Assembly: GCA_947085465.1 (NCBI GenBank)
Contig: CAMTWQ010000015.1
Span: forward strand, 1,201-65,200
From: an uncultured Alphaproteobacteria bacterium
GTDB lineage: Bacteria; Pseudomonadota; Alphaproteobacteria; UBA11222
Direction of reading: 5' to 3'
Length of the DNA stretch: 64,000 nt
The notes beneath the pieces are model-generated. The model ran no database searches and had not been told where the DNA came from. It was given only the letters and a program-made list of their open reading frames with translations. Below, in pieces: positions 11,200-19,404 of the stretch. Numbering within the stretch: position 1 is the stretch's first letter; each line of letters opens with the position of its first letter. Both the position numbers and the translations under genes were made by a program.

Positions 11200-11410
11200 A
11201 GCTTTAGGTGTCCGTTGTGCGCAAGCGCAGCGGATGAAACGGGAAGCCGGTGCGTCTTTTGAAGCTTTCACGAGATAAACCCGGCACTGCCCCCGCAACG
11301 GTAAGCGAGTAAAGACGCCGCAGTACGCCACTGTGCATAGCATGGGAAGGCGCGGCGCCGGGGAATTTCCCCACTCGCGAGTCCGGAGACCGGCCTGAAG
11401 CCTATCGGAC
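11200..11410 (+). promoter_or_regulatory. cobalamin (B12) riboswitch
   Basis: The conserved core is present: gaaacgggaagccggtg (11236-11252), ccggcactgcccccgcaacggtaa (11281-11304) and gccactg...gggaaggc. A B12-box-like gagtccggagaccggcc lies at about 11379-11396. The element is directly 5' of btuB. Boundaries are approximate. Confidence 0.85.
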
Positions 11411-11527
11411 GGCATGCGGAGGGCAATGCTGCGGTACAGGCAGGCATTCGCCTTGTTCCTGTCGCGCATTTTTCTCCACCGCCATATTGCAATCTTAAAG
11501 CGCGCGGGTGTGCGCCAAGGAGAAACC

Positions 11528-13366
11528 ATGTCTTATCGTTGGATCTTGCCGGCGCTGATTTTGCTTGCGTCATCTGCTTCTATTGCAGCCGAAACAGTAA
11601 AAGAAAACCCGCTGGTGATTGTGGTGACGCCAACGCGAACGGCGAGGACGGCCGATGAGAGCCTGACGCCGGTCACGGTCATTACCCGTGCGGATATCGA
11701 GCATAAACAAGCGCAATCGACGCCTGAAATTCTTCGCGGCATTCCGGGCCTTACTCTGGCCAATAATGGCGGCCCTGGTAAAATCAGCTCGGTGTTTTTG
11801 CGCGGCACGAATTCTGATCATGTGCTGGTGCTGGTGGATGGGATCAAGCTTGGCTCGGCAACAGCTGGAACCACGGCGTTCGAGCATATTCCAGTGGAGC
11901 AGATCGAGCGCATCGAAGTGGTGCGCGGGCCACGCTCGTCGCTGTATGGCTCCGAAGCGATCGGCGGCGTGATCCAGATTTTCACCCGCAAGGGCGGCGG
12001 AAAATTCACCCCCTCGTTCAGCGTCACCGGCGGCAGTTATGAAACCGGACAGGCAACGGCGGGCGTCAGCGGCGGCGGCGATCACGCCTGGTATAATTTC
12101 AACGCCAGCGGCAGCGACACACAGGGGTTTAACTCTTGTGACGGACGGCCCGCGCCATTTGCCGGATGCGGCGCATTTGAGCCCGACGATGATGGCTATC
12201 GCACGGTTTCCGGCAATGCGCGCGGCGGGTATCGATTTGATAATGGGGCCGAGCTTGACGCCCATTGGCTGCGCGCCAAAGGCAAAAACTTTTTCGATGG
12301 TTTTTTCAACGAATCAAAAACCGTGCAACAGGTGATCGGCGGCGGCGCGAAGTTTTCGCCGGTGAAAATCTGGAACGTCACGGTGCTCGGCGGGCGCAGT
12401 AATGACAAACTGGACAGTTTCAATAACGGCGCGTTCCTGACCCGCTTTGACACCAAACGCGACAATGTTTCGGTGCAGAATGATTTTACCATGGCGCCGC
12501 GCCATGTGGTGACGCTCGGCGGCGACTATCAGAAAGACCGCATTGATGTCATCACCTTTGCGCCATTCCCCGTTACCTCACGCGGCAACAAGGCGCTGTT
12601 CGCGCAATATCAGGCAGGTTTCGGGCGGTATGATTTCGAGTTGAGCGCGCGTGGTGATGACAATGAACAATTTGGTAATTACGCCACCGGCAGCGCGGCG
12701 TGGGGAATGAATATAAGTGATGGATTGCGCGCCATAGCGTCATATGGAACCGCATTCAAGGCGCCGACATTTAACGATCTGTATTTTCCGTTCTCCGGCA
12801 ATCCCGCGCTTGATCCAGAAACATCCCGCAGCGCCGAAATCGGTTTGCGCAGCGGGCATCCGCTAGGCCCGTGGGCGGTCAATCTGTTTGAAACGCACAT
12901 TGATGATCTGATCGCCTCCACCGCGCCATTATTTCTGCGCACGAATATCAATTCAGCCCGCATTCGCGGCCTGGAACTGGAAACCAGCGCCAGGATCGAG
13001 GATTGGCGGGCCAATGCGACGCTGAGCCTGCTTGATCCGGAAAACCGCTCCGATGGGCCTAATCGCGGCAACCTGCTGCCCCGGCGCGCGCGGCAGTCCT
13101 TGCAGGTTGATCTGGACTATGACATTACCCGCCTATCCTCGGTTGGTATCAGCGTGCTGGGAGAAGGATCGCGTTATGACAATTTGGCGAACACCCAGAA
13201 GATGGGCCGTTACGCCACCGTCGATCTGCGGGCCGGACATCGGATCGCTAAAAACTGGCTGTTACAGGGCAAGGCCGTTAATCTGCTGGACGCGGATTAT
13301 GAAACAGTGGATTTCTTCAATCCGGCTGGCCGTAGCTTGTTTCTTACGCTACGGTATGAGCACTGA
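11528..13366 (+). CDS. btuB: TonB-dependent vitamin B12 outer-membrane receptor
   Basis: The start is ATG 11528, preceded by aaggaga. It has a signal peptide, the TonB box PLVIVVTPTR, plug motifs (IEVVRGPRSSLYGSEAIGGVIQIFT), and the riboswitch upstream. Confidence 0.85.
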   Translation: MSYRWILPALILLASSASIAAETVKENPLVIVVTPTRTARTADESLTPVTVITRADIEHKQAQSTPEILRGIPGLTLANNGGPGKISSVFLRGTNSDHVLVLVDGIKLGSATAGTTAFEHIPVEQIERIEVVRGPRSSLYGSEAIGGVIQIFTRKGGGKFTPSFSVTGGSYETGQATAGVSGGGDHAWYNFNASGSDTQGFNSCDGRPAPFAGCGAFEPDDDGYRTVSGNARGGYRFDNGAELDAHWLRAKGKNFFDGFFNESKTVQQVIGGGAKFSPVKIWNVTVLGGRSNDKLDSFNNGAFLTRFDTKRDNVSVQNDFTMAPRHVVTLGGDYQKDRIDVITFAPFPVTSRGNKALFAQYQAGFGRYDFELSARGDDNEQFGNYATGSAAWGMNISDGLRAIASYGTAFKAPTFNDLYFPFSGNPALDPETSRSAEIGLRSGHPLGPWAVNLFETHIDDLIASTAPLFLRTNINSARIRGLELETSARIEDWRANATLSLLDPENRSDGPNRGNLLPRRARQSLQVDLDYDITRLSSVGISVLGEGSRYDNLANTQKMGRYATVDLRAGHRIAKNWLLQGKAVNLLDADYETVDFFNPAGRSLFLTLRYEH

Positions 13367-13392
13367 TTTATAGACGAGAGAGAACAAAGCGC

Positions 13393-13992
13393 ATGCTCGA
13401 AATCCGGCAAACATTCAGTTCACCGCAAGCCATCCTGCTCTGGGTGCTTGCCGTGGTAATGGTGGCGACACGGTATTTCCATTTTGGCGCGCCGCCATTG
13501 TTTCTGCCGGACGCCTCGCTGGCGATATTCTTTCTCGCCGGGCTATATATGCGCCGCGCGATTGTTTTTCCCGCGCTATTGATCGCTGCGGGCGTGATTG
13601 ATTATCTCGCCATCAATGTGGGCGGGGTGAGTGACTGGTGTTTTTCGCCCGCCTACTGGTTCCTGATCCCCACCTATGCGGGCCTGTGGTTTGGCGGGCG
13701 GTATTGCGCGGCAAACCATGCGCTTTCATTGCAATCCCTGTTGCGGCTGGGAACGGTGCTGTTCGTTGCAACCAGCGCTGCGTTTGTGATTTCAAACGGC
13801 AGCTTCTATCTGTTCTCGGACCGCTATCCGGAGATGAGTTGGGCTGAATACGCCTTGGCCGTGACCAAATATTATGCGCCGTACATGGCCAGCGCCTTCA
13901 TCTATACGGGCGTGGCGCTGATGGTTGAGCGAGCGCTTGCTCAGACAAAACAAAAAGGAATCATGCAATGGGACGGGTTTCAGGGAAAGTAG
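13393..13992 (+). CDS. small six-TM membrane protein, candidate BtuM-type cobalamin transporter
   Basis: The protein is 199 aa with six hydrophobic segments and lies 26 nt after btuB in the same riboswitch-controlled unit. A His at aa 30 (RYFHFG) and a Cys at aa 83 (SDWCFSP) sit near the positions I recall for BtuM. Confidence 0.45.
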   Translation: MLEIRQTFSSPQAILLWVLAVVMVATRYFHFGAPPLFLPDASLAIFFLAGLYMRRAIVFPALLIAAGVIDYLAINVGGVSDWCFSPAYWFLIPTYAGLWFGGRYCAANHALSLQSLLRLGTVLFVATSAAFVISNGSFYLFSDRYPEMSWAEYALAVTKYYAPYMASAFIYTGVALMVERALAQTKQKGIMQWDGFQGK

Positions 13993-14753
13993 CGCTGGTT
14001 ACCGGCGGCGGTTCGGGCATCGGCAAAGGCAGCGCCGAGCTGCTGGCGCGCGAAGGCGCCAAAGTGGTGGTGAGTGACATTGTGGCCGCCGATGCAAAGG
14101 CGGTTGCCGACGGCATTAACAAGGCCGGCGGCGTGGCCATGTCCCTGCATCATGACGTGACCGACGAGGCGCGCTGGATCGAAGTCATGGCCGAAATAAA
14201 AAAGGCTTATGGCGGGCTGCATATTCTGTTTAACAACGCCGGTATCGCGCTTGGTGGCATGACATGGGATCAATCACTGGAGGATTGGCGCAAGCAAACG
14301 GCGGTCAATCTGGACGGCGTGTTTCTCGGCACCAAGCACGGCATTCCGTTGCTGCGCGACAGCGGCGGCGGATCAATCATCATCACCTCATCAATTGCCG
14401 GGCTGCAAGGCTCGCCAGGCCTGTCGGGCTATTGCGCCACCAAGGGCGGCGTGCGCCTGTACGCCAAGGCGGTCGCCATGGAATGCGCCCGCGCAGGCTT
14501 TAACATTCGCGTCAATACGGTGCATCCCGGCGTGATTGAGACGCCGATCTGGACCAAAATTCCCGGCAATGTGTTTGGCGGCAGTCGGGGCAATGCGATT
14601 GACCCAAACGCATTCGCCACCGCTACGGCGCCCCTGAAACGGGCTGGTCAGCCGCTGGATATCGCCAATGGCGTGCTGTTCCTCGCCAGTGACGAGTCGG
14701 CCTATATGACCGGCTCGGAATTGGTGATCGACGGCGGCATCGTCGCGGGATAG
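13968..14753 (+). CDS. SDR family oxidoreductase
   Basis: It carries GKVALVTGGGSGIGKG, NNAG and YCATKGG motifs. Confidence 0.8.
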   Translation: MGRVSGKVALVTGGGSGIGKGSAELLAREGAKVVVSDIVAADAKAVADGINKAGGVAMSLHHDVTDEARWIEVMAEIKKAYGGLHILFNNAGIALGGMTWDQSLEDWRKQTAVNLDGVFLGTKHGIPLLRDSGGGSIIITSSIAGLQGSPGLSGYCATKGGVRLYAKAVAMECARAGFNIRVNTVHPGVIETPIWTKIPGNVFGGSRGNAIDPNAFATATAPLKRAGQPLDIANGVLFLASDESAYMTGSELVIDGGIVAG

Positions 14754-14765
14754 GGCGGATGTTTA

Positions 14766-15545
14766 TCAGGCGTTCTTGATGGTCAGGCCGCCGTCAACCG
14801 GCAGCACCGCGCCGGTTACATAGGATGCGGCCGGCAGGCAGAGACTCAAGGTCATGTGCGCCACTTCCTCGGGAATGGCGTAGCGCATCACCGGCACCCG
14901 GCGGCGGGTGTATTTATCCTTGTTCTCCTCGGGAATCCGCTCGGTCAAGCCGGTGCGCACAGCACCCGGGCAAATGCAATTGACGGTGATTCCCTCCTTG
15001 CCGAACTCCACCGCCAATGAACGGGTGACGCCGATAAGCCCGGTTTTCGCCGCCGCGTATCCGACGCCCCCAGGGGATGCGCCTAACGCCTCGGTGGAAG
15101 CAATATTCACAACCCGCGCCGCATCGGATTTGCGCAAATAAGGTAGCGCCGCACGCACAATCCGCGCCGGGCCGGTCAGCATCACGTTAAGCGCCAGCGC
15201 CCAGGTGTCCTCGAACCGCTTTGATTCTGTCCGCCCGACAGTCGCCAAACCAGCATTGTTGACGATAATATCGAGCCGTCCGAACGCTTCAGCCACTTCT
15301 TTGACAACCCGCTCCACGGCCTCGCGCTTGCCCACGTCAAACACCCAGCCGCGCGCGGTTCCGCCCGCATCGGTGATTTCCTTGACCACAACGTCAACCG
15401 CCTCTTGCTTTAGGTCGGTTACCGCCACCAGCGCGCCCTCGTCGGCGAACAGATGCGCCGTGGCGCGGCCCATGCCGCTGGCGGCCCCCGTGACCAGAAC
15501 GGCTCTACCGGCTACAGAACGGCTTAGTTTAGATAGTCTTGGCAT
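14766..15545 (-). CDS. SDR family oxidoreductase
   Basis: It carries VLVTGAASGMGRA, NNAG and YAAAKTG motifs. Confidence 0.8.
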   Translation of the reverse strand: MPRLSKLSRSVAGRAVLVTGAASGMGRATAHLFADEGALVAVTDLKQEAVDVVVKEITDAGGTARGWVFDVGKREAVERVVKEVAEAFGRLDIIVNNAGLATVGRTESKRFEDTWALALNVMLTGPARIVRAALPYLRKSDAARVVNIASTEALGASPGGVGYAAAKTGLIGVTRSLAVEFGKEGITVNCICPGAVRTGLTERIPEENKDKYTRRRVPVMRYAIPEEVAHMTLSLCLPAASYVTGAVLPVDGGLTIKNA

Positions 15546-15659
15546 GATCTCCTCCCCTCATATTATCTATGGTTTCTACGCGCAGCATATTTCGCTCACT
15601 CACCACATGCCAGAAAATATCGAGCGGCGGGCAAGGAGCAATGCAGAAAAATCCATGAT

Positions 15660-17495
15660 TCAATCGAGGTCGAAGGCGTCTTTATAATCGAGCTTGAGGG
15701 CGGGGTCCTGGTCCGCCTTGCGCAGGATGCAATGACCAATCGCCAGCAGATCAAGCTCGGTGCCCATCAGGCAGCGGAAGGCGTCCTCGGGCGTGCAGAC
15801 AATCGGTTCGCCCCGCACATTAAAACTTGTATTGACGATTACCGGGCAGCCGGTCAGCGCATGGAACCGGGAAATCAGCGCATGATACGCCGGATTAGTG
15901 TCCGCGTGCACGGTTTGAATGCGGGCCGAATAATCCACATGGGTGACTGCGGGAATGTCAGAGCGCGGAACATTCAATTTATCGATGCCGAACAGTTTTT
16001 CTTCCTCGGCGGTCATGGCCTTGCGCCGCCCTGGCACAACATCGGCGACAATCAGCATATAGGGCGAATCGCCGTCCAGCTCAAACCATTCCGCCACATG
16101 CTCGCGCAGCACAGATGGCGCAAACGGGCGGAAGCTTTCACGATATTTGACCTTTAGATTCAGCAGCTTTTGCATTTTGGACGAGCGCGCATCGCCAAGG
16201 ATCGAGCGAGCGCCAAGCGCGCGCGGGCCAAATTCCATGCGCCCCTGAAACCAGCCAACCGCATCACCCTCCGCAATCGCCTGCGCCGTGGCGTTGATCA
16301 TTTCAGCTTGCGGCAGTACGGTGAATTTTGCGCCGGCTTGCGTTAGCCGGCGCTCAATATCCCCCTGCAAAAATGCCGGGCCAAGATAGCTTCCAGCCAT
16401 TCTATCGCCGGAGGAAATCGCGGGTCGTGGCTGATCCTTGTACAGATGATAGGCCGTAAGCGCAGCGCCGAGTGCGCCGCCCGCATCGCCTGCCGCTGGC
16501 TGCACCCAGAAATTCTCGAATGCGCCGTCACGCAATATCTTTCCGTTAGCCACGCAATTCAACGCGACGCCGCCAGCCATGCATAGATTTTTTTGCCCGG
16601 TTTCCCTGGCCAGCGCGCGGGTGAGGCGCAGCACGACTTCTTCAACGACAGCCTGGATGGACGCCGCCATATCCATGTGAAAATCCGTAAGCTGTTGCTC
16701 GGGCGCACGCACAGGCTGTCCAAATAGATCGGAGAATTTCTGATTGGTCATGGTCAGCCCGGTGCAATAATCAAAATAGGATTGATCCAGCCGGAACGAT
16801 CCATCCGCCTTCAGATCCATCAGATTATCGAAAAATTTCTGCGCATGGCGCGGCTGGCCATAGGGCGCCAGGCCCATCACCTTATATTCGCCGGAATTGA
16901 CCTTGAAGCCGGTATAATAGGTGGCGGCGGAATATAACAGGCCCAGCGAGTGCGGAAAATGCTGTTCCTGAAAAACTTCAAGCCTGTTGCCGCGGCCGAT
17001 CGCCGCTGAACTGGTCGCCCATTCACCCACGCCATCCAGGGTTAGCACCGCCGCCTCGTCAAACGGCGAGGGGAAGAATGCACTGGCGGCATGGCTTAAA
17101 TGATGTTCCGAAAATAGCAGTTTGTTCTGCCAATCGAAATCCGGATCATATTTGATGAATTCCCTGCGCAGCAGATCTTTTTGAAACAATTTCTCGCGCA
17201 GCCAAACCGGGATCGCCATGCGGAAGGAAGTGAAGCCGTGCGGGGCGAAAGCGAGATAGGTTTCCAGCAGCCGTTCGAATTTCAAAAAAGGCTTGTCATA
17301 GAAGGTGACGAAATCAACATCCCCCAGCGTGATGCCTGCCTCGGCCAGGCAATAGTCTATGGCCCTGGCGGGAAATCCGGCATCGTGCTTTTTGCGGGTG
17401 AATCGTTCTTCCTGTGCTGCTGCGACTATGCGCCCATTATCAACCAGCGCAGCGGCGCTGTCATGGTAATAGGCTGAGACACCCAGAATCCGCAT
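15660..17495 (-). CDS. carbamoyltransferase (NodU/CmcH/SxtI family)
   Basis: The protein is 611 aa. The N-terminus MRILGVSAYYHDSAAALV and the SEHHLSHAASAF motif are typical of the family. Confidence 0.85.
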   Translation of the reverse strand: MRILGVSAYYHDSAAALVDNGRIVAAAQEERFTRKKHDAGFPARAIDYCLAEAGITLGDVDFVTFYDKPFLKFERLLETYLAFAPHGFTSFRMAIPVWLREKLFQKDLLRREFIKYDPDFDWQNKLLFSEHHLSHAASAFFPSPFDEAAVLTLDGVGEWATSSAAIGRGNRLEVFQEQHFPHSLGLLYSAATYYTGFKVNSGEYKVMGLAPYGQPRHAQKFFDNLMDLKADGSFRLDQSYFDYCTGLTMTNQKFSDLFGQPVRAPEQQLTDFHMDMAASIQAVVEEVVLRLTRALARETGQKNLCMAGGVALNCVANGKILRDGAFENFWVQPAAGDAGGALGAALTAYHLYKDQPRPAISSGDRMAGSYLGPAFLQGDIERRLTQAGAKFTVLPQAEMINATAQAIAEGDAVGWFQGRMEFGPRALGARSILGDARSSKMQKLLNLKVKYRESFRPFAPSVLREHVAEWFELDGDSPYMLIVADVVPGRRKAMTAEEEKLFGIDKLNVPRSDIPAVTHVDYSARIQTVHADTNPAYHALISRFHALTGCPVIVNTSFNVRGEPIVCTPEDAFRCLMGTELDLLAIGHCILRKADQDPALKLDYKDAFDLD

Positions 17496-17507
17496 TCCGG
17501 GCCGCGC

Positions 17508-17657
17508 CTAGAATAGGGTGTAGATGAAGGGCGCCACCGCCGAGCCCTGGCTCAACACCACAAGACCGCCAAAGATCGCCATCATTACGATAACCGGCGC
17601 CAGCCAGTATTTTTTACGCTGCCGCATAAACGCCCACAGTTCGGACAAAAAACTCAT
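17508..17657 (-). CDS. 49-aa membrane peptide, SxtK-like (DUF5989)
   Basis: My own translation gives MSFLSELWAFMRQRKKYWLAPVIVMMAIFGGLVVLSQGSAVAPFIYTLF (ATG 17657-17655, stop 17510-17508). It is packed between the SxtJ-like gene (9-nt gap) and the carbamoyltransferase (12-nt gap). It is below the ORF-track size cutoff. Confidence 0.7.
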   Translation of the reverse strand: MSFLSELWAFMRQRKKYWLAPVIVMMAIFGGLVVLSQGSAVAPFIYTLF

Positions 17658-17666
17658 GCATAGCTC

Positions 17667-18116
17667 CTAAAATTGATTCTTCAATGATTCAGGCGCGGGG
17701 CCAGGAGGATCGCGTTTGATCCAATAGCTGTCCGCCACCCTATCGAATTTAAGATTCAGCGGGCGCGCGCCAAACAGGCGCATCAGCCATCCAATTGGCG
17801 TGATGGTCAAATAAAACATCAGGCCAAGTACAAGCGGACTGACAATGGCGTTTAGCAACATGCCAAAGCGGAACCAGGCAATGTTCAGCGGCCGCAATAT
17901 TGCGGGAACCAGCAGCGCCGCCAATAAAAACACCGCCGCAACAGCAAGCCAATAAGGCGCGTTGGCGCTGTGGCTCCACCAGCCAAGGGCGGCGATCAGC
18001 GCAAAAAAGGCGGCGAAGACAAATCCGAACCCGCGCTCGGATCCCATTTTGACGTCATGCGCCGCCTTCAGGTTTTCGTGAGTGCCTGGCGTTGTGCCCT
18101 TGGCGCGCTCCGTCAT
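17667..18116 (-). CDS. SxtJ-like membrane protein
   Basis: The protein is 149 aa with 3-4 TM segments and SERGFGFVFAAFFALIA near the N-terminus. It sits in the conserved position upstream of the small peptide and the carbamoyltransferase. Confidence 0.55.
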   Translation of the reverse strand: MTERAKGTTPGTHENLKAAHDVKMGSERGFGFVFAAFFALIAALGWWSHSANAPYWLAVAAVFLLAALLVPAILRPLNIAWFRFGMLLNAIVSPLVLGLMFYLTITPIGWLMRLFGARPLNLKFDRVADSYWIKRDPPGPAPESLKNQF

Positions 18117-18335
18117 GGCTTTCTACCCTGTTACAAGAGTGTACTTGCTGGTCATGCTGACCGCGAATATTGCCGTAAAAAATGTAAAAATCATCACACA
18201 CCCTACACTGGTTTTTTGCCAGCGCAATATACAGATTAGGTAAAGTGTAAGACTTGATGGGATGCCGGGCTGTTTAATGGTTATTTCAGCTTGCCCGGGG
18301 TCAATTCCGTCCAGCAAACAGCGGCAAGCAGAGCT

Positions 18336-19211
18336 TTAACTCGCAGCCAGTAAATCTTCCGGCGGGCCTAACTGGTATCCGGCGGCGTCGATTTTCCGCA
18401 TCAATTCCTGCTGGTCGATGGGCGCGCGCAATTGCGCATCAAAGCCCGGAATGACGCCGCCCGCAGGGAGATCGGGGATCGAAGGTGGCATCAGCAGCAC
18501 TTTGGACATTTCATACTTGCCTTTGCCAGCCAGCATTTTCACCACCATCGGCGCTTGCAAATCAATAGTGTTGAAAGAGATCAGCAAAATTTCCGGCGCG
18601 ATGGAATCAACATTATCGAGAAATTCCCGGCCGCTCTTCATCCGGAACAGAACATGCCCCAGGGATTCAATCATCGTATGCACATCGTCCATATCGATCT
18701 CATCATTTGATACGCTGGCGATGGTCATCGGCGCAACGCTTGCCAGCGCGCGCTTCATCTTGGCGCTGTCATTCACCGCAATGCCGGTCAGAGCGCCATA
18801 AAGCCTCAGAAGTTGATCGTCTTTCCGGCGCCGGAGGTGTTCAACGCGCTTTAATTTTGCATCAATGATCACATGCATGATTTCAAAATCCACAGGCTTG
18901 GTCAGATAATCGTCAGCGCCGAGCTGATGTCCGGCGATCTGATCTTTGCGGTCTGCAAGTGCCGATAGAAATACAAACGGCATGTCAGCAAACTCAGGGT
19001 GCGATTCGCGTAAAACTCGCAATAGATCGTGGCCACTCATTTCCGGCATCGTCACATCAGAAATCACCAAATCCGGCTTTTCACAAATAATGGCCGCAAG
19101 GCCAAGCGCGCCATTTTCCGCCTGGATAACCGTGTGGCCGGCTAGCTCAAGCGTTTCAACAATGTCCTCGCGGATGCCAGCTTCATCTTCGACGCAAACA
19201 ATTTTCGCCAT
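18336..19211 (-). CDS. response regulator with a receiver domain, a degenerate second receiver-like domain and no DNA-binding output
   Basis: The start is MAKIVCVEDEAGIRE (ATG 19211). The receiver motif is DLVISDVTMPEMSG. The C-terminal half (MTIASVSNDEIDMDD...EILLISFNT...VLLMPP) is receiver-like but lacks the phospho-acceptor Asp. Confidence 0.7.
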   Translation of the reverse strand: MAKIVCVEDEAGIREDIVETLELAGHTVIQAENGALGLAAIICEKPDLVISDVTMPEMSGHDLLRVLRESHPEFADMPFVFLSALADRKDQIAGHQLGADDYLTKPVDFEIMHVIIDAKLKRVEHLRRRKDDQLLRLYGALTGIAVNDSAKMKRALASVAPMTIASVSNDEIDMDDVHTMIESLGHVLFRMKSGREFLDNVDSIAPEILLISFNTIDLQAPMVVKMLAGKGKYEMSKVLLMPPSIPDLPAGGVIPGFDAQLRAPIDQQELMRKIDAAGYQLGPPEDLLAAS

Positions 19212-19235
19212 GGCCCGTTCCCTTTTGTGCCTCAT

Positions 19236-19404
19236 CTACAGCTATTGGATGCCGTGACCTCTATCTTCAATCTATAAGCGTAACATTAAATCTTCATTAA
19301 AAATATATAATGAGAAAAATAACTCCTATAGAAAGAAATATAAATTCATTAATCAATTTATGAGAGTAATTTATAAATTTTACAAATAATAGGATATTCT
19401 TACC
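19236..19404. promoter_or_regulatory. strongly AT-rich divergent intergenic region between the response regulator and the histidine kinase
   Basis: The 169-bp region is almost entirely A/T (for example aaatcttcattaaaaatatataatgagaaaaataac...aatttataaattttacaaataatagg) in an otherwise GC-rich window. Confidence 0.6.

Noticed and set aside
18123-18317. A 64-aa ORF with a hydrophobic C-terminus lies just upstream of the SxtJ-like gene and could be a fourth member of the cluster.
   Set aside because: It lies in an AT-rich, promoter-like spacer, has no SD or recognisable motif, and its N-terminal half looks non-coding. I could not support it from sequence alone.
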